Positions 46,896 to 58,384 of a stretch of DNA of 64,000 nt are shown here, piece after piece. Source of the stretch: Escherichia phage JEP6; sequence record MT764206.1; one strand, given 5' to 3'. Each line of letters opens with the position of its first letter. Within the stretch, counting starts at the first letter, position 1. The position numbers were made by a program, and so were the translations under genes. A model generated the notes under the pieces. That model was not told the DNA's origin and did no database searches. It saw nothing but the letters and a program-made list of their open reading frames with translations.

Positions 46896-48932
46896 ATGAA
46901 TTATAACGAAATTGTTGATGAATTAGTTGATACCATACAATCAGCTTGTTCAATTATTCCCGAAGGTTATTATAGACGAGTTAAATGGGAATTATACAAT
47001 CCCAATAAAGAAATGATTCAACCCGATAATGGGGTTGAATGGGACACTGAAATTATTAAATTAGATACCCATCTTTACACCGAAAATCCATTTGGTCATT
47101 CTTCTGATACATTTACTGAATCATCTAATGGAGAAACCCAAACTGGTGTTTTTTGTCATAAAATCGGCGTGTATTTTCCAACTCAAACTGCGTTAGAAGA
47201 TTACGTTGAACAAATTGGTGCAACTTTACTTCCAGGTAATACTTGGTATGGTGCTGATTTATCGAAACGTGAATTTTTTAAAACTGAAATTGAATATGAT
47301 ATGTATCGCATTGAAAATCGCGGAGGTACATGGCATCATACGGGTCCTAGAATAGATGCTAGGACAATGATCGGTGTTAACAATGACTATACAATGTATG
47401 TTAACTTTAACGGTTTAGGAGATTATCGAAGAGCATATTTAAAATATTATGAAGATAAACCATGCACATATGTCGGTTTAACACTAAATTTAAATATAGA
47501 TACATCAATTCCCGGTATTCCTTATTCACCTCCATCAATTATTGGAGAGCTTCCACTTAATGCAATTTCATGCGTTAATTTTACTGCCCAATTTCCATAC
47601 AATGGCTTAACATCTGCAATTATTGAGGCTTGGAACACCTCAAGAGATTCATTTAAACTATATTGGGATATGTTGCCTGGTATGCCGGCAATTAGCGGAA
47701 GTGATTTTGAAAAATATTTTAATTCGGCATATACACATTTATCTGTAGCAATGGAAGAGCTTGGAAATTCGGCAATTGCCATGTGTCAATATGTTCAGCA
47801 ACAAGCCTTTATGGTTTTTAAAAATTCTGTTTCACAAGTTCTAAATATTGTCGGTGGCGGATGGGATTTATTAAAAAGTTTTTTACCTAAAATAACAATA
47901 ATGGGCATATCTATTGATATTGAAGATTTATGTACATCAACAGATGGTGTTCAAAAATTGAAGGAAACCTTTGAAAATTTTAATCTGGAAGATACTATTA
48001 GTTCAATTTATTCTGCAATGGGTTCTGCATATGACTATTCTATAGAACGCGTTAAAATGTATTCGCGGGATTTAGTTGATGCAATAACAGATTTATATGA
48101 TTGGGCCTGGTCAAAATTAATGATGGCCGGTGTCGCTTTATCAAAATTATGTGTTGATTTAGCACAAATCTGGAGCATGCCGCCAATTATTCCAAATCCA
48201 GTGTGGTCTGTTATCACTTTAGTGAAGGAAATGATGAAACAAATTCCTCCATTAGATATGATTATGTCAGGTAATTTTCCTGGATTTACTGCTTCTGATG
48301 TATATCAGATGGTTATGTCTATCGTATCTGAAAAAATTAAACAAGTTTATACTGAAATAGAATCATTAAAAACCCAAGCATTGGATGTATGGAATGAAAT
48401 TAAACTAAAAACACAGGAATATAAAAAGCAAACGATTGAATTTAAACAATATTTATCAGGAATGGCTGAAAAGGTTGAAGATGAAATAACTATAGCAAAA
48501 AAGAAAGCGTTACAAGAAGCTGAATCCGCTTTAAATGTTTTAAAGGATAAATATAACAGTATTAAAGACTTAATAAAAAATAAACAGATTTCTGTGTCTG
48601 ATGTATTAGATTTAGCTTTGACTGAATTTCGAAAAATTCCATTAATTTCACAAATGGAATCATTATTATCTTTAGCTGGAGCATCTATCGATGATATAAT
48701 GAAAGTATATGAAAATAGCGTTACTAAAGCAAAATCATTATATCACGAATTCACCGATGGCGCTCGGTCAATGAAAGATCTATGCAAATCATTATACAAT
48801 CAAATTTCGACTTTATGTTTGAGTAAGGTTGTGCAATGGATTAATAAAATGCTTGGAATATTTGGATTAAGTATTACATTTCCAACAGTATCAATATGCA
48901 TTCCATGCTTAAAAACTCCTATGAGGAATTAA
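46896..48932 (+). CDS. large uncharacterised protein (678 aa) between gene 5 and gene 6
   Basis: continuous ORF from ATG 2 nt after gp5 stop to 1 nt before gp6 ATG; N-terminal globular part, C-terminal coiled-coil region and hydrophobic Cys-containing tail; no motif recognised. Confidence 0.65.
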   Translation: MNYNEIVDELVDTIQSACSIIPEGYYRRVKWELYNPNKEMIQPDNGVEWDTEIIKLDTHLYTENPFGHSSDTFTESSNGETQTGVFCHKIGVYFPTQTALEDYVEQIGATLLPGNTWYGADLSKREFFKTEIEYDMYRIENRGGTWHHTGPRIDARTMIGVNNDYTMYVNFNGLGDYRRAYLKYYEDKPCTYVGLTLNLNIDTSIPGIPYSPPSIIGELPLNAISCVNFTAQFPYNGLTSAIIEAWNTSRDSFKLYWDMLPGMPAISGSDFEKYFNSAYTHLSVAMEELGNSAIAMCQYVQQQAFMVFKNSVSQVLNIVGGGWDLLKSFLPKITIMGISIDIEDLCTSTDGVQKLKETFENFNLEDTISSIYSAMGSAYDYSIERVKMYSRDLVDAITDLYDWAWSKLMMAGVALSKLCVDLAQIWSMPPIIPNPVWSVITLVKEMMKQIPPLDMIMSGNFPGFTASDVYQMVMSIVSEKIKQVYTEIESLKTQALDVWNEIKLKTQEYKKQTIEFKQYLSGMAEKVEDEITIAKKKALQEAESALNVLKDKYNSIKDLIKNKQISVSDVLDLALTEFRKIPLISQMESLLSLAGASIDDIMKVYENSVTKAKSLYHEFTDGARSMKDLCKSLYNQISTLCLSKVVQWINKMLGIFGLSITFPTVSICIPCLKTPMRN

Positions 48933-48933
48933 A

Positions 48934-50913
48934 ATGACAACTCCTGTAAATTATCAATTAACAAGAACAGCAAATGCTATTCCCGAGATATTCGTCGGGG
49001 GTACGTTTGCTGAAATAAAACAAAACCTCATTGAATGGCTTAATGGCCAAAATGAATTTTTGGATTATGATTTTGAAGGCTCAAGATTAAACGTTCTGTG
49101 CGACCTTTTGGCTTATAATACATTGTACATTCAGCAGTTTGGTAATGCTGCTGTGTATGAAAGCTTTATGCGTACTGCTAACTTACGAAGTTCAGTTGTT
49201 CAAGCTGCACAAGATAACGGATATTTACCTACTTCAAAATCCGCTGCGCAGACCGAAATTATGTTAACATGCACCGACGCATTGAATAGGAATTACATTA
49301 CTATTCCTCGTGGTACTCGCTTTTTAGCATATGCAAAAGATACTTCTGTTAATCCATATAACTTCGTTTCTACCGAAGACGTTATTGCTATTCGTGATAA
49401 AAATAACCAATATTTTCCGCGTTTAAAATTGGCCCAGGGACGTATAGTAAGAACTGAAATCATTTATGATAAATTAACACCTATTATCATTTATGATAAA
49501 AATATTGATAGAAACCAGGTTAAATTATATGTTGATGGAGCGGAATGGATTAACTGGACGAGAAAGTCAATGGTTCATGCTGGTTCTACATCAACAATTT
49601 ACTACATGCGTGAAACTATTGATGGAAATACTGAATTTTATTTTGGTGAAGGTGAGATTTCCGTTAATGCGGCAGAAGGAGCATTGACTGCTAATTATAT
49701 TGGAGGTCTTAAACCTACTCAGAACTCTACGATTGTTATTGAGTATATCAGTACTAACGGTGCAGATGCGAATGGTGCAGTCGGATTTTCATACGCAGAT
49801 ACATTAACAAATATAACTGTCATCAATATTAATGAAAACCCAAACGATGACCCAGATTTTGTTGGGGCAGATGGCGGCGGTGACCCAGAAGATATTGAAC
49901 GTATTCGCGAATTGGGTACTATTAAACGTGAAACCCAACAACGCTGCGTAACTGCAACCGACTATGATACATTCGTTTCAGAAAGATTCGGTTCTATTAT
50001 TCAAGCGGTTCAGACTTTCACTGATTCTACTAAACCTGGTTATGCATTTATTGCTGCTAAACCTAAATCAGGACTATATTTAACTACTGTACAACGTGAA
50101 GATATTAAAAATTATCTAAAAGATTATAATTTAGCTCCTATTACACCATCAATTATTTCTCCTAATTATCTTTTTGTTAAGACTAATTTAAAAGTCACAT
50201 ATGCTTTAAATAAACTACAAGAATCCGAGCAGTGGCTTGAAGGTCAAATAATTGATAAAATTGATCGCTATTATACCGAAGATGTAGAAATTTTTAACTC
50301 ATCTTTCGCTAAATCTAAGATGTTGACATATGTAGATGATGCAGATCATTCTATCATTGGCTCATCCGCGACAATTCAAATGGTACGTGAAGTACAAAAC
50401 TTCTATAAAACGCCTGAAGCGGGTATTAAATACAATAATCAAATAAAAGATCGTTCTATGGAATCTAATACGTTTTCATTTAATTCTGGACGAAAAGATG
50501 TAAATCCTGATACTGGTTTAGAAGAAGATGTATTATATGACGTTCATATAGTATCAACAGACCGAGATTCTAAAGGAATTGGCAAAGTTATTATTGGTCC
50601 ATTTGCTTCTGGCGATGTTACAGAAAATGAAAACATTCAGCCATATACAGGCAATGATTTTAATAAATTAGCAAGTTCCAATGGACGTGACAAATACTAT
50701 GTTATCGGTGAAATAAATTATCCAGCTGACATGATTTATTGGAATATCGCTAAAATTAATTTAACATCCGATAAATTTGAGGTTCAGACTATTGAGCTAT
50801 ATTCTGATCCAATAGACGATGTTATTTTCACACGCGATGGTTCACTGATCGTATTTGAAAATGATTTACGTCCACAATACTTAACTATCGATTTGGAGCC
50901 TATATCACAATGA
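48934..50913 (+). CDS. 6: baseplate wedge protein gp6
   Basis: 659 aa; size and position upstream of gp7. Confidence 0.85.
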   Translation: MTTPVNYQLTRTANAIPEIFVGGTFAEIKQNLIEWLNGQNEFLDYDFEGSRLNVLCDLLAYNTLYIQQFGNAAVYESFMRTANLRSSVVQAAQDNGYLPTSKSAAQTEIMLTCTDALNRNYITIPRGTRFLAYAKDTSVNPYNFVSTEDVIAIRDKNNQYFPRLKLAQGRIVRTEIIYDKLTPIIIYDKNIDRNQVKLYVDGAEWINWTRKSMVHAGSTSTIYYMRETIDGNTEFYFGEGEISVNAAEGALTANYIGGLKPTQNSTIVIEYISTNGADANGAVGFSYADTLTNITVININENPNDDPDFVGADGGGDPEDIERIRELGTIKRETQQRCVTATDYDTFVSERFGSIIQAVQTFTDSTKPGYAFIAAKPKSGLYLTTVQREDIKNYLKDYNLAPITPSIISPNYLFVKTNLKVTYALNKLQESEQWLEGQIIDKIDRYYTEDVEIFNSSFAKSKMLTYVDDADHSIIGSSATIQMVREVQNFYKTPEAGIKYNNQIKDRSMESNTFSFNSGRKDVNPDTGLEEDVLYDVHIVSTDRDSKGIGKVIIGPFASGDVTENENIQPYTGNDFNKLASSNGRDKYYVIGEINYPADMIYWNIAKINLTSDKFEVQTIELYSDPIDDVIFTRDGSLIVFENDLRPQYLTIDLEPISQ

Positions 50914-53900
50914 CAGTAAAAGCACCTTCAGTCACTAGTCTCAGAATTTCCAAGTTATCCGCAAATCAGGTGCAAGTACGCTGGGATGACGTTGGTGCTA
51001 ATTTCTACTATTTTGTAGAAATCGCTGAGACAAAAACAGACTCGGGGGAAAATCTCCCGAGTAATCAATACAGATGGGTTAACTTAGGATATACTGCAAA
51101 TAACAGCTTCTTTTTTGATAATGCTAATCCATTGACATCGTACATTATTAGAGTAGCTACCGCTGCGCAGGATTTTGAGCAGTCTGATTGGATTTATACT
51201 GAAGAGTTTGAAACTTTTGCTACAAATGCTTATACATTTCAAAACATGATTGAAATGCAATTAGCTAATAAATTCATTCAGGAAAAATTTACTCTTAATA
51301 ATTCTGACTATGTCAATTTTAATAATGACACTATAATGGCTGCATTGATGAATGAATCATTTCAATTCAGCCCATCATATGTTGATGTTTCATCAATAAG
51401 TAATTTTATTATTGGTGAAAATGAGTATCATGAAATACAAGGTTCTATTCAGCAAGTATGTAAGGATATTAACCGAGTTTATTTGATGGAATCAGAAGGG
51501 ATTTTATACCTTTTTGAGCGTTATCAACCTGTAGTTAAAGTATCCAATGATAAAGGACAAACTTGGAAAGCTGTAAAGCTCTTCAATGACCGCGTAGGAT
51601 ATCCTTTATCTAAGACAGTATATTACCAATCTGCGAACACAACATACGTTCTAGGATACGACAAGATTTTCTATGGCCGCAAATCGACTGATGTTAGATG
51701 GTCAGCTGATGATGTCAGATTTAGTTCTCAGGATATAACATTCGCTAAACTTGGCGACCAATTACAAGAAATTTTTGCCACTTACGCGACTTTACCAGCG
51801 AATGTATATCGCATTGCAGAAGCTATTACTTGCACCGATGATTACATTTACGTTGTCGCCAGAGACAAAGTTAGATACATAAAAACGAGTAATGCACCTA
51901 TAGATTCTGATCCATTATCTCCAACATATTCGGAAAGGCTTTTTGAACCTGATACAATGACTATAACCGGAAATCCTAAAGCAGTATGTTATAAAATGGA
52001 TTCTATTGGTGATAAAGTCTTTGCTCTTATTATTGGTGAAGTTGAAACATTAAATGCTAATCCTAGAACATCAAAAATAATTGATTCTGCCGATAAAGGA
52101 ATATATGTTTTAAATCATGCCACGAAAACATGGAAAAGAGTTTTTGGCAACACTGAAGAAGAAAGAAGACGTATTCAACCTGGATATGCGAATATGTCAA
52201 CTGATGGTAAATTAGTTTCTCTGTCTTCGAGTAATTTTAAATTTTTAAGTGATAACATTGTTAATGACCCTGAAACTGCAGCGAAATATCAGTTAATCGG
52301 TGCTGTTAAATATGAATTTCCTCGTGAATGGCTAGCTGATAAGCATTATCATATGATGGCATTTATAGCAGATGAAAAATCTGATTGGGAAACTTTTACA
52401 CCTCAGCCGATGAAATACTATGCAGAACCATTCTTTAACTGGTCTAAAAAATCTAACACACGCTGTTGGATAAACAACTCTGATAGAGCTGTAGTAGTTT
52501 ATGCTGATTTAAAATACACCAAAGTTATAGAAAATATTCCGGAAACATCACCAGATAGATTAGTTCATGAATACTGGGATGATGGTGATTGTACGATAGT
52601 AATGCCAAATGTTAAATTCACGGGATTTAAAAAATACGCGTCTGGGATGCTTTTTTATAAGTCTTCTGGTGAAATAATTTCTTACTATGATTTTAACTAT
52701 CGAGTGAGAGACACGGTTGAAATAATTTGGAAGCCAACTGGAATATTTTTAAAAGCATTTTTACAAAACCAAGAGCATGAGACTCCTTGGTCACCAGAAG
52801 AAGAGCGTGGACTAGCTGACCCCGATTTAAGACCATTAATTGGCACAATGATGCCTGATTCTTATTTGCTACAGGATTCGAATTTTGAAGCATTTTGCGA
52901 AGCATATATTCAGTATCTTTCTGATGGATACGGAACTCAATACAATAATTTACGAAATTTAATTCGTAACAAATATCCACGAGAAGAGCATGCATGGGAA
53001 TATTTGTGGTCAGAGATATATAAAAGAAACATTTATTTAAATGCTGATAAACGCGATGCTGTTGCGAGATTCTTTGAATCACGTAGCTACGATTTTTATT
53101 CTACTAAAGGAATTGAAGCATCATACAAGTTTCTTTTTAAAGTTCTTTATAATGAAGAAGTTGAAATTGAAATTGAATCTGGGGCTGGTACTGAATATGA
53201 TATAATCGTTCAATCTGATTCTTTGACTGAAGATTTAGTAGGACAAACGATTTATACGGCAACAGGAAGATGTAATGTTACTTATATAGAAAGAAGCTAT
53301 TCTAATGGTAAATTGCAATGGACCGTAACTATTCATAATCTTTTGGGAAGATTGATTGCCGGTCAAGAAGTTAAAGCAGAAAGACTTCCTAGTTTTGAAG
53401 GCGAAATTATTCGTGGAGTTAAAGGGAAGGATTTGCTTCAAAATAATATAGACTATATTAATAGAAGTCGGTCATATTATGTAATGAAAATTAAATCCAA
53501 TTTGCCTTCTTCCCGCTGGAAATCTGACGTTATTCGTTTTGTTCATCCAGTAGGATTTGGATTTATAGCAATTACCCTTTTAACAATGTTTATTAATGTT
53601 GGTTTAACTCTTAAACACACAGAGACTATAATTAATAAATACAAAAACTATAAATGGGATTCTGGATTGCCTACTGAATATGCTGATAGAGTAGCTAAAT
53701 TAACTCCAACCGGTGAAATTGAGCATGATTCAGTAACAGGCGAAGCAATTTATGAGCCTGGCCCAATGGCTGGCGTAGAATATCCTCTTCCTGATGACTA
53801 TAATGCTGAAAATAATAATTCAATATTTCAAGGTCAATTGCCATCTGAACGACGTAAATTAATGAGTCCTCTATTTGACGCTTCTGGAACAACATTTGCA

Positions 53901-53993
53901 CAATTTAGAGATTTAGTTAATAAACGTCTAAAAGATAATATAGGAAATCCAAGAGACCCTGAAAATCCAACACAGGTTAAAATAGATGAATGA
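50910..53993 (+). CDS. 7: baseplate wedge protein gp7
   Basis: 1027 aa; ATGA overlap with gp6. Confidence 0.85.
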   Translation: MTVKAPSVTSLRISKLSANQVQVRWDDVGANFYYFVEIAETKTDSGENLPSNQYRWVNLGYTANNSFFFDNANPLTSYIIRVATAAQDFEQSDWIYTEEFETFATNAYTFQNMIEMQLANKFIQEKFTLNNSDYVNFNNDTIMAALMNESFQFSPSYVDVSSISNFIIGENEYHEIQGSIQQVCKDINRVYLMESEGILYLFERYQPVVKVSNDKGQTWKAVKLFNDRVGYPLSKTVYYQSANTTYVLGYDKIFYGRKSTDVRWSADDVRFSSQDITFAKLGDQLQEIFATYATLPANVYRIAEAITCTDDYIYVVARDKVRYIKTSNAPIDSDPLSPTYSERLFEPDTMTITGNPKAVCYKMDSIGDKVFALIIGEVETLNANPRTSKIIDSADKGIYVLNHATKTWKRVFGNTEEERRRIQPGYANMSTDGKLVSLSSSNFKFLSDNIVNDPETAAKYQLIGAVKYEFPREWLADKHYHMMAFIADEKSDWETFTPQPMKYYAEPFFNWSKKSNTRCWINNSDRAVVVYADLKYTKVIENIPETSPDRLVHEYWDDGDCTIVMPNVKFTGFKKYASGMLFYKSSGEIISYYDFNYRVRDTVEIIWKPTGIFLKAFLQNQEHETPWSPEEERGLADPDLRPLIGTMMPDSYLLQDSNFEAFCEAYIQYLSDGYGTQYNNLRNLIRNKYPREEHAWEYLWSEIYKRNIYLNADKRDAVARFFESRSYDFYSTKGIEASYKFLFKVLYNEEVEIEIESGAGTEYDIIVQSDSLTEDLVGQTIYTATGRCNVTYIERSYSNGKLQWTVTIHNLLGRLIAGQEVKAERLPSFEGEIIRGVKGKDLLQNNIDYINRSRSYYVMKIKSNLPSSRWKSDVIRFVHPVGFGFIAITLLTMFINVGLTLKHTETIINKYKNYKWDSGLPTEYADRVAKLTPTGEIEHDSVTGEAIYEPGPMAGVEYPLPDDYNAENNNSIFQGQLPSERRKLMSPLFDASGTTFAQFRDLVNKRLKDNIGNPRDPENPTQVKIDE

Positions 53994-54990
53994 TTCAAGT
54001 GTTATCTATCGTGCGATAGTTACTTCAAAATTTAGAACAGAAAAAATGTTGAATTTTTATAATTCAATTGGAAGTGGTCCGGATAAAAACACTATCTTTA
54101 TCACATTTGGAAGATCAGAACCGTGGTCATCAAATGAAAATGAGGTGGGTTTTGCCCCACCTTATCCAACCGATTCTGTATTAGGCGTAACTGACATGTG
54201 GACGCATATGATGGGAACAGTAAAAGTTCTTCCATCAATGCTTGATGCTGTTATTCCTCGTCGAGATTGGGGAGATACTAGATATCCGGATCCGTATACA
54301 TTTAGAATTAACGATATTGTAGTGTGTAACTCAGCTCCTTACAACGCTACTGAATCAGGCGCAGGCTGGTTAGTATATCGTTGTTTAGATGTTCCTGATA
54401 CTGGAATGTGTTCAATCGCATCTTTAACTGATAAGGATGAATGCCTTAAGCTAGGTGGAAAATGGACTCCTTCTGTTAGGTCAATGACTCCTCCTGAAGG
54501 TCGAGGAGATGCTGAAGGAACAATTGAACCTGGGGACGGGTATGTATGGGAATATCTTTTTGAGATTCCGCCTGATGTATCTATAAATAGATGCACGAAT
54601 GAATATATCGTGGTTCCTTGGCCCGAGGAATTAAAAGAAGACCCGACTAGATGGGGATATGAAGATAACCTCACTTGGCAGCAAGATGATTTTGGATTAA
54701 TTTACCGTGTTAAGGCAAATACTATCCGTTTTAAAGCATATTTAGATTCAGTTTATTTTCCTGAAGCTGCATTGCCAGGAAATAAAGGATTTAGACAAAT
54801 ATCGATAATCACGAATCCTCTTGAAGCTAAAGCTCATCCAAATGACCCAAACGTTAAAGCTGAAAAGGATTATTATGATCCAGAAGATTTAATGAGGCAT
54901 TCGGGCGAAATGATTTATATGGAAAATAGGCCACCTATTATTATGGCAATGGATCAAACAGAAGAAATCAATATTCTGTTTACATTTTAA
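53986..54990 (+). CDS. 8: baseplate wedge protein gp8
   Basis: 334 aa; N-terminus MNDSSVIYRAIVTSKFRTEKMLNFY. Confidence 0.85.
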   Translation: MNDSSVIYRAIVTSKFRTEKMLNFYNSIGSGPDKNTIFITFGRSEPWSSNENEVGFAPPYPTDSVLGVTDMWTHMMGTVKVLPSMLDAVIPRRDWGDTRYPDPYTFRINDIVVCNSAPYNATESGAGWLVYRCLDVPDTGMCSIASLTDKDECLKLGGKWTPSVRSMTPPEGRGDAEGTIEPGDGYVWEYLFEIPPDVSINRCTNEYIVVPWPEELKEDPTRWGYEDNLTWQQDDFGLIYRVKANTIRFKAYLDSVYFPEAALPGNKGFRQISIITNPLEAKAHPNDPNVKAEKDYYDPEDLMRHSGEMIYMENRPPIIMAMDQTEEINILFTF

Positions 54991-54995
54991 ATTAA

Positions 54996-55018
54996 GGGAG
55001 CCCATGGGCTCCCTTTTT
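54996..55018 (+). terminator. intrinsic terminator GGGAGCC-CATG-GGCTCCC plus T5
   Basis: perfect GC-rich palindrome followed by TTTTT, 6 nt after gp8 stop. Confidence 0.8.
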
Positions 55019-55021
55019 CTT

Positions 55022-55029
55022 TATAAATA
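55022..55029 (+). promoter_or_regulatory. late promoter (TATAAATA) for gene 9
   Basis: exact TATAAATA 25 nt upstream of gp9 ATG, right after the terminator. Confidence 0.6.
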
Positions 55030-55053
55030 CTATAAACTCATAAGGAAACCGCT

Positions 55054-55920
55054 ATGTTCATTCAAGAACCAAAGAAATTGATTGATACCGGCGAAATTGG
55101 TAACGCTTCTACTGGTGATATCTTATTCGACGGTGGTAATAAAATTAATAGTGATTTTAATGCAATTTATAACGCGTTTGGCGATCAGCGTAAAATGGCA
55201 GTAGCAAATGGTACTGGTGCTGACGGCCAAATTATCCATGCTACTGGATATTATCAAAAGCATTCTATCACAGAGTACGCAACTCCGGTGAAAGTTGGTA
55301 CTAGACATGATATTGATACCTCTGCTGTAGGTGTTAAAGTTATCATTGAAAGAGGCGAACTTGGTGATTGCGTTGAATTTATTAACTCAAATGGATCTAT
55401 ATCAGTTACCAATCCTTTAACGATTCAAGCGATTGATTCAATTAAAGGTGTTTCAGGTAATTTGGTAGTAACTAGTCCATATAGTAAAGTTACTTTACGT
55501 TGTATTTCATCTGATAATTCTACGTCAGTTTGGAATTATTCTATTGAAAGTATGTTTGGCCAAAAGGAATCACCGGCCGAAGGTACGTGGAATATTTCTA
55601 CATCTGGATCAGTTGACATTCCATTATTTCATCGTACTGAATACAATATGGCTAAATTGTTAGTTACATGCCAATCAGTAGATGGAAGAAAAATTAAAAC
55701 GGCAGAAATAAATATTCTTGTAGATACTGTTAATTCAGAGGTCATTTCTTCTGAATATGCTGTCATGCGAGTTGGGAATGAAACCGAAGAAGACGAAATC
55801 GCTAATATTGCATTTAGTATTAAAGAAAATTACGTAACGGCGACTATAAGTTCTTCAACTGTCGGTATGAGAGCAGCAGTTAAAGTTATCGCTACGCAGA
55901 AAATCGGGGTGGCTCAATAA
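55054..55920 (+). CDS. 9: baseplate protein gp9 (long tail fiber attachment)
   Basis: 288 aa; position. Confidence 0.85.
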   Translation: MFIQEPKKLIDTGEIGNASTGDILFDGGNKINSDFNAIYNAFGDQRKMAVANGTGADGQIIHATGYYQKHSITEYATPVKVGTRHDIDTSAVGVKVIIERGELGDCVEFINSNGSISVTNPLTIQAIDSIKGVSGNLVVTSPYSKVTLRCISSDNSTSVWNYSIESMFGQKESPAEGTWNISTSGSVDIPLFHRTEYNMAKLLVTCQSVDGRKIKTAEINILVDTVNSEVISSEYAVMRVGNETEEDEIANIAFSIKENYVTATISSSTVGMRAAVKVIATQKIGVAQ

Positions 55921-57725
55921 TGAAACAAAATATTAATATCGGTAATGTTGTTGATGATGGTACCGGTGACTACCTGCGTAAAGGTGGTATAAAAATAAAT
56001 GAAAACTTTGATGAACTTTATTATGAACTTGGTGATGGAGATGTTCCATATTCAGCCGGTGCCTGGAAAACTTATAATGCTTCATCTGGACAAACACTAA
56101 CGGCAGAATGGGGAAAATCATATGCCATTAACACTTCATCTGGAAGAGTAACTCTACAACTTCCTAAAGGAACCGTTAATGATTATAATAAAGTAATTAA
56201 AGCTAGGGATGTATTTGCAACATGGAATGTTAATCCAGTTACTCTAGTAGCCGCTTCTGGTGATACTATTAAAGGATCATCGTCATCAGTTGAAATTAAT
56301 ATTCAATTTAGTGATTTAGAGCTCGTTTATTGCGCTCCAGGACGCTGGGAGTATGTCAAAAATAAGCAAATCGATAAAATTATCAGTTCAGACATTAGTA
56401 ATGTAGCTCGTAAAGAATTTTTAGTCGAAGTTCAAGGGCAAACAGACTTTTTAGATGTTTTCCGTGGAACTAGTTATAATGTCAATAACATCAGAGTAAA
56501 ACATCGTGGTAACGAATTGTATTACGGTGATGTATTTAGCGAAAACAGTGACTTTGGCTCTCCGGGCGAAAATGAAGGCGAATTAGTTCCTCTTGATGGA
56601 TTTAATATTCGATTAAGACAGCCTTGTAATATTGGTGACACTGTTCAAATTGAAACATTTATGGATGGTGTATCACAATGGAGAAGTTCATATACTAGAC
56701 GCCAAATAAAAGTACTAGATTCAAAACTAACATCAAAGACTTCTTTAGAAGGAAGCATTTATGTTACTGATTTATCGGCGATGAAATCAATTCCATTTTC
56801 TGCATTTGGATTAATTCCTGGTGAACCCATTAATCCTAACTCTCTTGAGGTTCGTTTTAATGGAATTTTACAGCAGCAGGCTGGAACAGCTGGATATCCT
56901 CTGTTTTTGTGTGAAGGCGCTAATTCAGATACGCAAGAAGGATGTATATCTCTTGGTGGCGAATGGAAAGAATCAAACACCGATTATTCTATAGAATATG
57001 AAGACGGAAAACCTATCAGTCTTTTATTTGATAGAAAATTTGAATCCGGTGACATTATCGTTATAACATGGTTCAATAATGATTTAGGAACTCTTTTAGA
57101 AAAAGATGACATCATTGAATTGACTGATGACCGTTATGTTAGTAAAGGGTCAGCTACTGAAGTTACTGGTGATGTGGCCTTAACAGATTTTGATAAAATC
57201 GGTTGGCCAAATGTTGAAAAAGTTGATTCTTATACTAGAACGTATAATTCAATATCATCTATTTTCGACAGCATTTATCCTGTTGGTTCAATTTATGAAA
57301 ATGCTATAAACCCAAATAATCCGGTGACTTATATGGGATTTGGTTCATGGAAATTATTTGGTAAAGGACAAGTTTTAGTAGGATGGAATGATGATGTTAC
57401 AGATCCAAACTTTGCATTAAACAATAATGATTTAGATTCTAGCGGAAATCCTTCACATACCGCCGGTGGAACAGTTGGTACAACATCAGTAACGCTTGAA
57501 AACGCAAATCTTCCTGCAACTAAAACCGACGAAAGAGTTTTAATTGAAGACGAAAATGGATCGGTTATTATTGGAGGTTGCCAATATGACCCAGATGAAA
57601 CTGGTCCTATATATACAAAATATCGTGAAGACTACGCAACAACAAACTCTTCACATACTCCTCCTGCTAATATTAGTAATATTCAACCGTCTATTACTGT
57701 ATACCGTTGGATAAGGATTGCATAA
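55920..57725 (+). CDS. 10: baseplate protein gp10
   Basis: 601 aa; TAATG overlap with gp9 stop. Confidence 0.85.
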   Translation: MKQNINIGNVVDDGTGDYLRKGGIKINENFDELYYELGDGDVPYSAGAWKTYNASSGQTLTAEWGKSYAINTSSGRVTLQLPKGTVNDYNKVIKARDVFATWNVNPVTLVAASGDTIKGSSSSVEINIQFSDLELVYCAPGRWEYVKNKQIDKIISSDISNVARKEFLVEVQGQTDFLDVFRGTSYNVNNIRVKHRGNELYYGDVFSENSDFGSPGENEGELVPLDGFNIRLRQPCNIGDTVQIETFMDGVSQWRSSYTRRQIKVLDSKLTSKTSLEGSIYVTDLSAMKSIPFSAFGLIPGEPINPNSLEVRFNGILQQQAGTAGYPLFLCEGANSDTQEGCISLGGEWKESNTDYSIEYEDGKPISLLFDRKFESGDIIVITWFNNDLGTLLEKDDIIELTDDRYVSKGSATEVTGDVALTDFDKIGWPNVEKVDSYTRTYNSISSIFDSIYPVGSIYENAINPNNPVTYMGFGSWKLFGKGQVLVGWNDDVTDPNFALNNNDLDSSGNPSHTAGGTVGTTSVTLENANLPATKTDERVLIEDENGSVIIGGCQYDPDETGPIYTKYREDYATTNSSHTPPANISNIQPSITVYRWIRIA

Positions 57726-58384
57726 TGAGTTTACTTAATAATAAAGCGGGAGTTATTTCCCGCTTAGCAGATTTTCTTGGTTTTAGAACTAAGAAAAATG
57801 ATATTTCGGTTATGAATAATCAGCCAGTAGGTGCTGTAACAATTTCACAAATAGCAAAAGGTTTTTATGACTCAAATGTAGAATCTGCTATCAATGATGT
57901 TAGAAATATGGCAGAGCAACAGGTTGGAGCTGTATTAGTTAATATAAGCGGCGTATCTCCTACTGGCGTGCAACAAACAGACTATTGGTCATTTGAAGGA
58001 ACCGTTACTGATACTTCAGCCAAACCAGGTGATCCAGTTATTGTTAACATGTTTGGTATTCCAGTTAAAGCTACTAATGGAATGACTTCAATTGAATTTA
58101 CTAGTGCTGTTAGAACAGCTCTACAGGAAATGGTTGTAAAATTTATTGCAATTGATTCGTTTGAAGACCATCCTACTATAGGGAATAAAATACAAGTTAA
58201 GTATTTAGATAACCAAGAACATATCTTAGAGCAATACTCTGATAAAGGAATTACTTTCAAACAAGAAATAATTTCTCCTTCTAAACCCGGGTATGGAACT
58301 TGGCAATTATTAGGTGCGCAAACTGTTACGCTAGATAGTCACACACAACCTACAGTATTTTATTATTTTGAGAGAATAGCATGA
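57725..58384 (+). CDS. 11: baseplate protein gp11 (short tail fiber attachment)
   Basis: 219 aa from ATG 57725 ([20 protein letters not shown]); TAATG overlap with gp10 stop; track ORF starts 6 codons upstream. Confidence 0.85.
   Translation: MSLLNNKAGVISRLADFLGFRTKKNDISVMNNQPVGAVTISQIAKGFYDSNVESAINDVRNMAEQQVGAVLVNISGVSPTGVQQTDYWSFEGTVTDTSAKPGDPVIVNMFGIPVKATNGMTSIEFTSAVRTALQEMVVKFIAIDSFEDHPTIGNKIQVKYLDNQEHILEQYSDKGITFKQEIISPSKPGYGTWQLLGAQTVTLDSHTQPTVFYYFERIA

Noticed and set aside
54582-54589. Exact TATAAATA inside the gp8 coding region
   Set aside because: In DNA this AT-rich the octamer is expected by chance about ten or more times per 64 kb; only intergenic copies positioned upstream of a start codon were annotated.
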